Source: Octopus sinensis
Taxonomy: Eukaryota
Assembly: GCF_006345805.1 (NCBI RefSeq)
Contig: NC_042998.1
Coordinates: 165,664,001-165,728,000, forward strand
Length of the DNA: 64,000 bases
Direction: 5' to 3'
Of this stretch, positions 28,161 through 41,920 are shown in pieces. Position 1 is the first letter of the stretch. Each line of letters starts with the position of its first letter. Below the pieces are notes generated by a model, which worked only from the letters and a program-made list of their open reading frames with translations, searched no databases and was not told where the DNA came from. A program made the position numbers and the translations under genes.

Positions 28161-28584
28161 CAGTAAACAAGTGTCACCTTAGTCTGCTGGCTGTGGACAG
28201 CTGACACTTTCCATCATACCAAGTAAAATAAAGCTGTGAATTTTAGTCACATAATAATAGACTCCCCTTTCGAAGATGACGTATGTGTTCAACTTTTGCC
28301 GAATGACCTACACAAATAATTTGTATAAAGTGATCAGATGTTCGTGCCGCACATTAGCTCACTCTCTCCATCAAATCGACGTTATCTGAAGAGGTGCACT
28401 CTGTGTCACGCGTCAGGTGCCGAAGTGAATGCAGAGCCACGTCAGATGAAGTGTTTTGCTCCGGAACACAACGCACCAGACGGTCTGGGAATTGAAACCA
28501 CGATCTCGCTATCGTGAATGCAACACCTGACCACTAGGCCATGCGTCCTCGTAACAATAATAATGATGATGATGATGATGATAT

Positions 28585-29298
28585 CAAATTTTGGCACAAA
28601 GCCAGTAATTTCGGGGAAGGGGTAAGTTAATTACGTCGACCCCAGTGCGTAACTGGTACTTATTTTGTCGGCCTCGATGGAATTTGAACTCGGAACGAAG
28701 CGATGGACGAAATACCTATTTCTATTTCTTTACTACCCACAAGGGGCTAAACACAGGGGGGACAAACAAGGACAGACAAATGGATTAAGTCGATTATATC
28801 GACCCCAGTGCGTAACTGGTACTTATTTAATCGACCCTGAAAGGATGAAAGGCAAAGTCGACCTCGGCGGAATTTGAACTCAGAACGTATTGACAGACGA
28901 AATACCTATTTCTTTACTACCCACAAGGGGCTAAACACAGAGAGGGCAAACAAGGACAGACAAACGGATTAAGTCGATTATATCGACCCCAGTGCGTAAC
29001 TGGTACTTAATTTATCGACCCCGAAAGGATGAAAGGCAAAGTCGACCTCGGCGGAATTTGAACTCAGAACGTAGCGACAGACGAAATACCTATTTCTTTA
29101 CTACCCACAAGGGGCTAAACACAGAGAGGGCAAACAATGACAGACAAACGGATTAAGTCGATTATATCGACCCCAGTGCGTAACTGGTACTTATTTAATC
29201 GACTCCAAAAAGATGAAAGGCATGTCGACCTCGGCAGAATTTGAACTCAGAACGTAGCGCCGAACGAAATACCGCTAAACATTTTACCCGGCGTGCTG
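28585..29298 (-). mobile_element. SINE family A tetramer
   Basis: Junctions gaaatac|ctatttc at 28715, 28905 and 29089 (spacing 190 with a 6-nt duplication, then 184). The terminal unit carries a different 3' tail. Confidence 0.9.
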
Positions 29299-29440
29299 AT
29301 AATAATAATAATAATCCTTTCTACTATAGGAAAAAGGCCTGAAATTTTCGAGGAGGGAAAGGTCAATTACATCGACCCCAGTGTTTCACTGGTACTTAAT
29401 TAATCTACCGCGAAAGGATGAAAGACAAAATCTACCTCGC

Positions 29441-29481
<41 letters not shown>

Positions 29482-29496
29482 TAATAATAATAATAA

Positions 29497-30045
29497 TGCA
29501 GTACCAGGCAGTGGCTCTCATGGCTTCTGATCTTAACTGATTGGATATGTCATCAGGTACATTGTTTTGTCTTGGTATAAAAGATGGGCTACAGCAAATA
29601 TTCTGCTCAATACCACAGATTTGCTTGTCAGTTGTTTGACCTTAACCAGTTGAGCATGTCCCTTAGTGGCTGCTGAAATGTGCATCTCTGATCACGAGCA
29701 GAAGTAGTGGGGGAGCATCATAGCCATGTGTTGAGAGGGATTCTTTGGGGTTTGAATAATTCACCTCTGGAAACATGGGTGGTTCTTTCAACATCCTTAA
29801 ACAACCCTTATTCAGGGACCTTTTGAGCGGGATGGGCTACTCACCTGAAGAAAATTCTAACTGGGCCCCACCTGCAAGGTCATGTGCTGTTTATCTTGAT
29901 ATGAGATCACCATGTCGCGCACATATGGTTGTGATGCATGTGCCTGGTGTACCCTTATCAGACGGGTAGTCATGATGGGTATATTGGGCTTCGTATATTT
30001 TACCCCAGTGTCACTTTGATGGCATGCACTGCTCTCTCACTCAAT
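29497..30045 (+). mobile_element. ~550-bp interspersed retroposon-like repeat ending gcactgctctctcactc(AAT)n; 5'-truncated copy 40930-41178+, fragment 9235-9430-
   Basis: Three homologous segments share a 3' end with an (AAT)n tail, and one is 5'-truncated. Confidence 0.75.
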
Positions 30046-31816
30046 AATAATAATAATGGTTTCAAATTTTGCCACAAGGACAGCCATTTTGGAGGAGGGA
30101 ATGAGTCGATTACATCAACCCCAGTGATCAACTAGTACTTATTTTATCAACCCCGAATGGATGAAAGGCAAAGTAGACCACGGTGCAATTTGAACTCAGC
30201 TAACCTTAACCTAACCCTAAGCATTTCGTCTAGCTACTTGAAATCCTCTGAGCAACGACGCTTGTCTACTCGTAGAACCTGTGTTTCATTTTTTATGCTA
30301 ATTTTTTTTACCTATCTCAACCTGTAAGTTTTTGCCCCACACTACGTTTATTGCTTTGAGTGGCAAAAATACTGCTCTCCGGGAGGTTTCCTGCTGGTTA
30401 TTTAATGCTATTTACAAATTTGTATTCCAATTTGTATAATTTTTCTAAGTTACGTCCAATTTTCCTTATTTTCTTTATTCGTCTAATAGCACTCACTGCC
30501 TCAGTATGTTCAGGAAGAAGTTTTCTACAAACATTTTTCAGATGAGTTGCATTACGATTATATAGGAATTTAAGGTAAAAAAATAGTGGGGTGCGAATAT
30601 TTCATGCATCATAACTTTGTTTCCTTATACGTTTTAATGATGTAATTTCAGTTTTGTTAAAAGAAATAATGATGACGATGTCTGGCTGGTTATCATAATC
30701 ACATAGGATGGTAAGATTTGGTCCCTCAGTTACTGACTGTGGATGTTGTTGTTGATGTTGTTATTGCTGCTGCTGGAGTTGTTACATGTTATATTATTTT
30801 GCGGGGATGTTTTCTTGACGTTAGATAGCAACAAGTCACCTTGAATCTCAAGAATCTTCCTTGAGTTTCTTGTAAAATATAGGACTGTACTTTTATGCAG
30901 GTTGACAATGCGTGACTAAATTCCGATATTCTACAGCCTCCGAGTATTAACTGACTAAAGGATTATCTTGTGCTATGTAGGAGGAAGATTAGTTATTGGT
31001 GAGAATAATAGGTTAATATTTCAGTTTCTATACACCCAATATCTGCAAAAAGTTCAGAATATCTATTTATTAATATTCATTTGGAAAATGTGATTTCATA
31101 ACATTCTGTAGAACAACGTTGGCATGTCTTTTTCTGTCTCATTTATAGTTGCGACGGTGTATATTTTGTATGATTTTTCTGAGATTTAGTTTTCATTGGC
31201 TTGGCAATGCGACCGCTTGTGAAAAATTGTAGGCAGTTGATTAGGATATTTTTATGTTATTCAAATATTTTATAGTAGGGCGTTTTAAAATGTCCTAACG
31301 ATGAGAAATTTGACTTATTTATTGTAAGGGGAATTATACTATTCTGTTTTTCTTTACCTGTGATTTAACTGGAAAGTTAGTGCATTTTGATAGTATTTTA
31401 TTTCTTCAGTAAAACCACTTCTTCCTTATTATAGTATTCCGTATTTTCCATTTCTTTCTTTTCAAAAAAATTTCGAAGTTCTTCGGGTTGTAATTGAGCA
31501 AGTTGTTAATAATGTTTGTAATTATAATTTTTTTGTAGAAACATCGTATCGACTTAAGTAAGTTAGTGGTATCCCCTAAGAAATTACTTACTTTTAGCGT
31601 GACTCCTCTGTAATTCTAAATCTTAGCATTTTGCGTTTGTGCCTAATACATGTTTCAAGTAGCATAATACATATATCGTTTGTTTTTCTATGTTACTAGA
31701 TGTATTTATTTTATTTCTGTGAATCTGAATTTGTGTTTTCATTGTTCTGCAACTTGGTCTACAAACGTATTCGCGCATTCATTATTGACGAAGGTTTGCT
31801 TAATTTAGATAGATAT

Positions 31817-31942
<126 letters not shown>

Positions 31943-32580
31943 GGATGGATGGATGGATGGATGGATGGTTGGATGGATAGACATACAGACAGAGTTTAAC
32001 ACTCATACATACATACATACATACATACATACATACATACATACATACATACATACATGATTGTATGTGTGTGAGCATGATTATGTCTTCATTTGTGCTT
32101 TAGCGATCCCGCCTAAGTCCATGTTGGAGCGCCGTTTCAGCATTTGTACCGCCTTTGTGATTATACAAAGATTCGATGTTTTTCTGTGACCTTTTATAGA
32201 TGTCTCATCTGATTGTTTTAAAAGAAATGTAACTTGATACTATTAAAATTTTCAAAGGAACTTTGGTTATACAACTGCCTCTCAGAGGACCTTTAAATGC
32301 CAAACAATTACAGTATACGTTGCTGGTATAAAAGTTTGAAAAACTAAATTTAAGAATTTGACAGTACCACCCACTCTTTTATTCCTCTTTTTCATATACC
32401 CAAAGACCGAAGTAAGATTGATGAGGCAGCCAGAGACAGCCATAAACTGAAGGTTTAATTTACCTGTTGAAATTTATCCATAGAGTGCTTAGCATGCATA
32501 GCTAATGAGACCGTTGACCATGGACTAAACAGTGAAAGAGAACACATTTGTTGGATAGTCAGAGCTATCCAGATTTTTAA

Positions 32581-32688
32581 TGGAGTTCTCTTGCTCTTGC
32601 TTTTGGAAATTTTCGATACAAATAGTTATTTATATGGAGTTCTCTTCCTCTTGCTTTTGGAAATTTTCGATACAAATAGTTATTTATA
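32581..32688. repeat. 54-bp direct tandem duplication
   Basis: tggagttctctt(g/c)ctcttgcttttggaaattttcgatacaaatagttatttata x2. Confidence 0.9.
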
Positions 32689-33334
32689 TATTTTTATATT
32701 GTTTTCCATGTTTGTTTTCAGCTGAAGATAGACACTTAGCTCTTCAGTCAAACACTCATCAACTTTTTCAAACTCCAATTGGAAAGGAAGATGAGGGCAA
32801 AGAAGGAGATCTTCTCCTCCAGGATAGTGTTTTATTTACAATGATGACAATAGTAGGATTGGTAGGAGTATATGTGCCTGCTCTCAGCATGCTCCAGAAG
32901 ATCAGAGTGACATTTATGCAAAAGTATTTGTCTTTAGTGGTCAGGGTGATCCTGGATCTGTGGTATTCCTTCACTGGCCCTAGTTGGACGTCTTCTTGTA
33001 TAAAAATCACCGTATTATCATAACTTATTGGTATTCTATTCATACCTCATCACATTCCATTTTTTTCTTCCTCTCCATTCTATTTTTGTGGCACTTTATC
33101 TCAGTAACGTTCCTTTTATTCGATACCCGTGTGACAAACAATAGAGAAATTTCACACTATACTGCTTCATTCTTTATCGTCTTCTATCTTTTTAATTAAC
33201 CCATGTAATTAATACAGGAAGCGTTATTATTGTTGTTATTTTTTATTATCATTATATTATTATTATTGTTTTTTGTTATTGTTAATATTATTATTATCAT
33301 TATTATTATTATTATTACTATTGTTAATCAACAG

Positions 33335-33512
33335 AACGCTGTGGAGAGATATTAAACACCGCATATATCATCGGTGGTCAACCTAGCATGCCAGGACGAT
33401 GGCCTTGGCAAGTGTCGTTACAAATAATATCAGCTGGTCAACCGTGGCACAGATGTGGAGGAGTTCTAGTTCATCCACTGTGGATAATCACTGCTGCTCA
33501 TTGTGTGGAAGG
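33335..33512 (+). CDS. Exon of an S1-family (trypsin/chymotrypsin-like) serine protease: activation site, Cys42 and catalytic His57
   Basis: Acceptor aacag|AA at 33334/5 and donor GG|gtaagc at 33512/3. Translation (E)[59 protein letters not shown] contains IIGG, WPWQVSL, CGG and TAAHC. The exon starts in phase 1 and ends in phase 2. Confidence 0.93.
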
Positions 33513-33914
33513 GTAAGCAAATATTACGATTTATTTTCCGAGGTTTGAGATTGGGCGTGTTTTATTTTTGAAATTTCAAAAACAAAATTCTGTTCAATCT
33601 ACTTCTATCTACAGAGACGTTTGCTTAAACTTTTATGTGACAAATTTCATGCTCGATGTCTTCAAGAAGGTCCAAGATTACAACAAAATTGTTGCCCCTG
33701 ATTTGGTGATATTTATGCAGTCTGTAATAAATCACACCTCCTCCAAACATGTATGCAGCAAAGACTTGGATAAGTGTTGCTATACATTTCTAGTAATTAC
33801 ATGGATCCCAGAAATCGCAACACCAATTCTTTTAGTGTCAAGGAAACAAGAATAAAATATGTTGGTATACTGATAAAAGTTTCGATAGTGGTGGTAAATA
33901 ACGATAAAAACGTC

Positions 33915-34220
33915 GCCCTTTCCAAGCCTAGCCAAGCTCATGGGCCTGGTTTCCCGGTTTCTGTGGCGTATATATCCCTCACCCCCAGCTGAACGGGACG
34001 CCAGTCCATCGCAGCGTTACTCAAGAAACAGGAAGAGAGAGTGAGAGAAATTTGTGGCGAAAGAGTACAACAGGGGTCGCCACCACCCCCTGCCGTAGCC
34101 TCGTGGAGCTTTTAGGTGTTTTCGCTCAATAAACACATACAACGCCCGGTCTGGGAATCGAAACCGCGATCCTCCGACTGCGAGTTCGCTGCCCTAACCA
34201 CTGGGCCATTGCGCCTCCAC
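33915..34220 (-). mobile_element. tRNA-derived SINE family D
   Basis: Shares gagaaatttgt(a/g)gcgaaag, gtggagctt..ggtgtt..cgctca..aaacac and the head with 10385-10682. Confidence 0.8.
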
Positions 34221-36124
34221 TGTGTTGTTAAATACAAAGAAAATATAAAAAAAAAGACCTTGACAAATTATTTTAAGAATGTTTATTATGAAAACGCTCA
34301 TTATCGAAATGTTTATTATTGAAACGTTTATTAACAAACAATATTAGGGAGGAAGAGGTGACAGATACAATACAGCACAAGATCCTTTACTGAATACTTT
34401 CATTAAAGTATATTTCTTTCAATCTTTTACTGGCTCCAGTTACTGGATTGTGGTTATATTGGAACACATCTGTCTAATTAAAGTCCTATCGATTACTATG
34501 ATCACAATACTTATATTACTGATTGGTATCTATTTCATTGACATCTACAGGATGAAAAGCAAAGTGAAAGTAGGAGGGATTTGAACTCAGAGCATAAAAG
34601 GATGCAACCAAATGCCGTAGGTTATTGTGTCTGATGCCCAACTGATTCAGCCATCCATCTGACATTGTTCTGAATTTAAATCTCACCAAGTTTGACTGTG
34701 TCGATTATCCTTCGGATGCCGATAAAATAAAGTACCAGTAATATTCTAGTTCTCCCTTCCACCTTCTTTTGGTGCCAAGAATAAAATAATATATAAATCA
34801 ATATGGTTTCAAAAATAAAATGATCGCCGCGGTATTGAGTAGGATACGAATTTGCAAGTCATGAAGCCATCTCTTTCATTTGGTTGTCATTTTTCTTTAA
34901 TTCCAAGGTTGCCAGCTGGTAGAGTTGTTATTGCACTGGACAAAATGCTTAGCAGTATTTCTTCCGACTTTACGTTCTGAATTCAAATGTCGTTGAGGTC
35001 GACTTTGCCATGTATCCTTTCGAGATCGATAAAATAAGTACCAGTGGAGCATTTGGGTCAATGTAATCGACTAATCCCTCCCTACAAAATCTCAGGCCTT
35101 GTACCTCTAATAGAAAACATTATACCTCAATTTTCGAACTGAAAAGTAAAAAGTAAAACAGTAAATAAATGCAAAAGTTGACGCTTGAATGTTTTATCTC
35201 TGAAATTAAGAGCTTTGATTCATCAACAGAAACTCTTTTCGATCAAACTTGCATTCCTATGAAACTCTACTTACTTATGTAGTCATACTAATTATCAGAC
35301 ATCGACATCTCGATCAAAATGCATCCCTTCCTTTACATATTACTCAGGCGTTTCACATTGTCATCATATTATAAAAGAATCTCTGACGTTTATAAGAGGT
35401 TCAATTAACTTTCTCTTCTTACCAGAGACAATGATAGAAGATAAATGTAAATAGACGAATCAAATTTTATATGAACTTAAAACGTGCTATGAAAATGCAA
35501 ATATACCAGTTGTTTAGTATTGTTCTGTATGGTGTTTGGGAATGTCACCGAGGATCATGAGTAAAAATTCATGCAAGATTCCAGTCTTCAGAGATGCATA
35601 CAAATTACTCCAATTAAGTGTATGTACTTTAGGTGAACGACTAGTGATCGTTATTTAAGTCAGCAGTACTATTTACTTCCGCTATTCATACAAACTTGCA
35701 CACACAGACGCACACACATCATAAATACACATACACACAGAAATGTATCAAACATACACACACGAGCAACCACACAGATTATTTGTTTGTAGTGATCAAA
35801 TGCCTCTGTACACATAAGTTCACTCCCTACATCAAATCGACATTATCTGTACAGGTGCTCATGTGCCACATGTCAGATGACGAAATGATCGCAGAACAAC
35901 ATGAAATGAAGTACTTTGAATCGAACTCTGAATCGAACCCACGGTCTCGCAATCGTGAGTGCAACACCCTAACCACTAAGCCATGTGCCTTAACACACAC
36001 ACGCGCACACACACACACGTGCATGTGTGTGTGTGCGTGTGTGTGTGTGCGCGCGCGTGTTTGTGTGTGTGTGTGTGTTTTGCCGTGTCGTTTCATGTAG
36101 AAATTCTGACCTATCCAGGATTTG

Positions 36125-36950
36125 CAAGGGCGCTTTTGTGGTCTCCATCATTTTAGGGGTAGACTGGGCTCGGCTCTGCAGCCGGTTCTTGTTCTCCTTC
36201 TGGGTATTGATCCTGGGTACCTCGAAGTCAGCGATGGTGTAGTAGTGACAGCTTCTGCACTGAGTTCTAATCAGTGCTATTTATCTCCATGCCTTCAGGT
36301 TCATCATGCAGGTTTTTAAGCAGGTCATTATAATGTCATATCGGAGCAGCGGGCAGTCTTGGTACCTAGCACAGAGCAAAGCTAATCATAGAGGGTGGCT
36401 TTAGGTGAGAGTCTTCTATTCGAACCACATGGCCAAACCACCTCAGATGCACTTTGGTAAAGAAATTCTCTGTACCTAGAATGTCACATTTTGCAAAAAT
36501 CTCTGTGTCGGGGACTTTGTCCTACCAATTGACGCAGCAAATTGGACGAAGATAGAGAAAATGGAAAGAGTCAAGCCATTTAATGTGGCGCATGTAGAAT
36601 GTTCCTGTCTCAAAGCCATATAGAAGAGAATTAAACACTACTTCCTCACACACTTTTATTTTTGTGGCCAAATAGATTCCATGATCTCTCCACAGTCTGT
36701 ACAGGAGTCGACTGAAAGCTGAACTTGCCTTGGACAATCGCTAAGTGATCTCTCCATCCTGTTGGATATTGTTTGACAGGATGATTTACAAGTAGCAGAA
36801 TTTTGGCACAGAAATTTGTCTACGTAGCAATAGGATCCGGTTTGGGGTGAACAGGTGCTGGATTGTGCGAGACCTCAGTCTCCCTCAAGCTGCTTGTTGG
36901 CCCGAAGAATTTGGTACCATCAGAGAGTGTGTGTTTTAATAACGGTGGTA
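36125..36950 (-). mobile_element. RTE-BovB-like LINE fragment (C-terminal RT region)
   Basis: SKASSAFSRLLYRLWRDHGIYLATKIKV..LLYGFET..RHIKWLDSFH..LRPI, typical of RTE. An upstream ETEVSHNPAP motif is also present. Confidence 0.82.
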
Positions 36951-38267
36951 GAAAAGATTTAAATAGATTTCGCATCCCTTGAAATGAATAAATATGTGCA
37001 TTTAGCGAATGGTGAGGAAAACAAACGCCTTCTTTCACGCATGCTAATATTGCTGTCTTTTGCTATATATTTCTCCTTAAATAAGAAACGTAGCTGATAA
37101 TAGCGAGCGAAATGACTACGTGAACTCAGTTAAATGTTTTATAGTGAAATTCAGACTGACAAATGAAACACAGAAAGAAATTGTATCCGATTAAATTTCA
37201 AGATTGAGGAATACTGAAGTAAGATACAAAATAAGTAGAATCCATCTGTGTTGGGTGGGTGTGAGTAAATAGTTTAACGTTATTTACCTAACTGTCAACA
37301 ATTGAAAAGGCAAAGTTCAAGCCTGCTGCTGCTGTTTATAACTTCTGAAATTTCTTTTTCAAACCAACAACAAGAACTGAACTCATCATTAGAAACTCAA
37401 GTCTACATGTACAGTGAGTGGGTTAGTCGACAAATGACTTTGCTACAAACTCCTCCTTAGTGGAGTCGATAGTAAAATACAACCCGACGAGATACAGCCA
37501 TGTTTTTTTTCAGTTTTCTATCCGTTTATCGTTTGTCTATATTCTCTCCCTATAACTTGGTCTAATAATTATCCTTCTGTGTTTCTAATGCTTCACAGCC
37601 TTAATACTTGAAAAACGTATGTTGTAATAGTAGTCTCCGAGTGGCTTCCCCACCCCCTTAATTGACAGGTGAAATAGCACCATGTTTTATTGTGTTGATG
37701 TTGATGTTATCTCCGTTCTTGTTCAGAGAGCATCAGGTGATGAGATCATTCCAATATGCCAACGGCATCTAGTAATGTTTCAGAAAGAAAACCGGATAAA
37801 CTGTATTTATTTTTCATAATTCATTTTAAATATTTTATTTGTTATCTGCTCCCCTCATGAGCATTTAGTCAGTTGTAGAAATAAGTTTGCCTTTGTCTTG
37901 GAAACATGATTTTGTAGTTAACAAGCACGCTCTACAGCTCTGCTTTCAGTCATACACTCACCTTAAGACGTGGAGGTACACAGCTATTATTGACTAATAT
38001 TAATGTAGTTATATGTACAATATGAGAAGCACTCAGCAATTACCAGCTTATATTATGCACAGAAACAATTGTAGTGATTTGGATTAAAACCTGTTCACTT
38101 CAGCGTCTCGTACTAAAATTCTTTTGTATGAATTCTGAGGATATTAACGGATTTCCACATGTATATCCAGTAAAAGTAGAATTCCTGATGTATGAAAGCG
38201 TATGGTAGCCGATATCCATAGAGGAGCTTTGGAAAGCACGCTATAAAGTTATTACTCAGATTATATT

Positions 38268-38346
<79 letters not shown>

Positions 38347-40039
38347 GAGAGAGAGAGGAGGATAAAGAGAGAGGGATATGTGTATAAGTATATATACACA
38401 TGCGTGTGTGTGTGTGTGTGTCTTTGTGTTCGTGCTTGTTCCTCACCACTGCTTGACAATAGGTGGTGGTTTGTTTACGTCCCCGTAAGTTAACGATTCT
38501 TCGAAAAGAGACTGATAGAATAAGTACCAGATTTTAAAAAGTAAATAATGGGATCAATTCGTTCAACTAAAACCTTTCAAGGATGCACCGTTCAATAACT
38601 GAAACAAGCAAAGGATCAATGATATGATAAACTGCTTGTTAACCAGAATCACACCAACGACAATAACAATAACAACGGCAATTATATATCGGAATATAAC
38701 GATATCAACTGGCAGCGATGAGCTATATATGAAACACTAAAACTACGTGCTTAAGTTTAGGTAATGGTTAGGTCCAATAACTAAGTGATAATGAGTCAAA
38801 TATTCGTTTATAACAAATTAGTGCTAAGGTAAATAGACACCCGTTTAAAGAGAGTATCCAGAACTAAAGTTTTATGGCTTGATATTACATGTATATACAT
38901 TAAAATGGTTGGGGAGGGTGTTGAAATAGTGTTAGTAAAAGTAAAGGGGCAGTAATTACTCTTTTACTTGTTTCAGTCATTTGACTGTAGCCATGCTGGA
39001 GCATCGCCTTTAGTCGAGCAAATCGACCCCAGGACTTATTCTTTGTAAGCCTAGTACTTATTCTATCGGTCTCTTTTGAGTACGGAAACGTAAACACACC
39101 AGCATCGGTTGTCAAACGATGTGGGGGGGGGCAAACACAGACACATAAACACACACACACACACTCACACACATATATATACATATATACGACGGGCTTC
39201 TTTCAGTTTCCGTCTACCAAAATCACTCACAAGGCTTTGGTTGGCCCGAGGCTATAGTTGAAAACATTTTCCCAAAGTGCCACACAGTGAGACTGAACCC
39301 GGAACCATGTGGTTGGTAAGCAAGCAACTTACCAAACAGCCACTCCTACGCCTATTGAAAACTTTTTGCTAAAGGTTGGGTTAATAACTATGCAGTAATG
39401 CGTCAAATATTCCCTTATAGCACGTTGGTGCTTTGGTACGTAGTCATTCGCATCAAACTAGTACCGGAACAAATTACTCTAGTTTGATATTACGTGTAGG
39501 TTCATGTGCGATTTACGGTCGTAAAAAAGTGACAGTAAATTCTCCTAAATAAAATTAAGGTAAATTGCGATAGAAACCGGAAATGACGATAATAACATGA
39601 AATTTCATGGAAAGAACAAAAAGAACTCCATCATTATGCTATTTACAGAATACATTTTAGTGATGTGTTAAGTATTTCAGAAATAGCAGTTGAGGTACAC
39701 TGTTCCAACATACTATACCCAGTAACGAATACTACTGAACAGGCAATTTATTGCCTCGCATGTCGATGCATAATAGCCAGCACAGTTATATATGAGCAAT
39801 GCAATAATCCTGCACGATTAATAAACTGTAGAGAGAGAATTGACAGGAATCGGTGGCGTTGTTCCTGGTGATTCACTCGGATTATACGAGCCAATTCCTT
39901 TCTTGAAAAAATATCCTTTTGACTCTGTCAAGAGTAATTCAACTAATGTACATGTGGGTAAGAGACTTTCCGCAGAACGAAATTATGAACGTTTTTGGAT
40001 TTGGTTTGCAAGATTCTTTATATGAGTTCGTGTGTTGAA

Positions 40040-40328
40040 GCATATTCTGTTGTGTCTGGGGAGAGTCATTCTCTTTTAGTACTTTATTATTTAACACACT
40101 CACCGGTAAAATTTCCACTTATTTCGTCTTTTTATTTTCCTAAAATTTTCGTTGCGTCTTGCAACCTTCTCAATAGTCTTGACTCAAGACTATTGAAAAG
40201 GTAGCAAGACGCAACGAAAATTTTAGGAAAATCAAAAGACGAAATAAGTGGAAATTTTACCGGTGAGTGTGTTAAATAATAAGGTACTAAAAGAGATTGA
40301 CTCTCCCCAGACACAACAGAAATTATGC
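40040..40328. repeat. Near-perfect palindrome, ~140-bp arms centred on 40183
   Basis: ...tcaatagtcttga-c-tcaagactattga...; about 5 substitutions between arms. Confidence 0.95.
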
Positions 40329-40638
40329 ACGTTCTATAAATTGGTTATGTCACATACATTGTTTACAGAAAATTATAGGATGTCACTGTCGTTACTTCCG
40401 GTTATTATTGCAATTTTTAATTTCATTATTTTTAGGACAATTTACTTACGCGTTTTGTATGTACGTTTAAAAGAGAGGAGTTGACTCGTAGTAAGATGGA
40501 CGTTGAAAATGTATTATTAATAGAAAAAGGGTGGTAGTTGAAAAAGTGTGAGGATCCCCGATGTAGAGGCTGCCTCATTGTTAACGAGGGGAGCAGCGGC
40601 AGCGGCAGCTATCGCCGTGATTTAGTAGCAGCAGCAGC

Positions 40639-40671
<33 letters not shown>

Positions 40672-41182
40672 TGAGGTAACTTGGAGTTGTAGCTGCTACT
40701 GCTAGTTTTAGTAACCAATACGAAATTCATAGACACCAGAAATCTGTCTTTTTCTATTTCTAGCTATTTAATCTTGGTCTTTTAATCTTCTACAGCATCG
40801 AAATTTCTTTCATTTGGTCCGTTCACAATACTATGCCGTTTTAAATATAATCTCTGCTTATGATAACGCAAAAGAGGAGGAGCAGGAGTAGGGGGAGCAG
40901 GAGGAGGAGGAGGAGGAGCTTTACTTCAGCTTTAACCAACCGTCATTCACGAGCTTTTTGAGTGAGATAGGCTACTGGACCTGAAGAAAATTCTAACTGG
41001 GCCCCATCTGCAAAGCCATGCGCTGTTTATCTTGATATGAAGTCACCATCCTGCGCACTTTTGTGATGCATGTGCCTGCTGTACTCTAATCAGATGGATT
41101 GTCATGATATGTATATTGGGCTGCGTATATTTGTATCCCAGCGTTACTTTGTTGGCATGCACTGCTCTCTCACTCAATAATA

Positions 41183-41224
<42 letters not shown>

Positions 41225-41226
<2 letters not shown>

Positions 41227-41657
41227 GGCTTCAAATTTTTCCACAAGGGCAGCTATTTTGGGAGAGAGGATGAGTTCATTACATTGATCCCAATGTATCA
41301 CTGGTACTTAATTCATCGACCCTGAAATGATGAAAGGCAAAGTCAACCTCGGCGGAATTTGAACTCAGAACGTAGCGACGGACAAAATACCTATTTCTTT
41401 ACTACCCACAAGGAGGACAAACAAGGACAGACAAACGGATTAAGTCGATTACATCGATCCCAGTGCATAACTGGTACTTAATTTATCGACCCCGAAAGGA
41501 TGAAAGGCAAAGTCGACCTCGGCGGAATTTGAACTCAGAACGTAACGGTAGACGAAATACAGTTCAGCATTTCGCTCGGCGTGATAATGTTTCTACCATT
41601 TCGCCGCCTTAATGATAATTATTATTATTATTATTATTATTATTATCATCATCATCA

Positions 41658-41704
<47 letters not shown>

Positions 41705-41920
41705 TAAGGCGGCGAGCTGGCAGAATCGTTAGCGCGCTGGATGAAATGCTAAGCGGTATTTCGTTCGTCACTACGTTCTGAGTTCAAAATCCGCTGCGGT
41801 CGACTTTGCCTTTTATCCATTCGGGTCGATAAAATAAGTATCAGTTGAACACTGGGGTCGATGTAATCGACTCATCCCTTCCCCCAAGATTGCTGCCCTT
41901 GTGGCAAAATTTGAAACCAT
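41225..41920. mobile_element. Head-to-head SINE family A pair: minus-strand dimer 41225-41610 and plus-strand monomer 41706-41920
   Basis: Both heads (aaggcggcga) face a (ATT/CAT)n spacer at 41615-41705. Confidence 0.85.

Noticed and set aside
28585-29298. Regularly spaced repeats that superficially resemble a CRISPR array
   Set aside because: The whole 184-bp unit is repeated with no unique spacers, the unit is a tRNA-derived SINE body, and there are no cas genes in this eukaryotic context.
30198-30222. taaccttaacctaaccctaa as a telomere-like repeat
   Set aside because: There are only about three imperfect units, too short to call interstitial telomere.
32580-33023. 147-aa ORF just upstream of the protease exon, with a good acceptor at 32721
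   Set aside because: Its start is a 54-bp tandem duplication, it has no recognisable domain, and no convincing phase-1 donor could join it to exon 33335. A weak LINE-like reading on the minus strand is also unconvincing.
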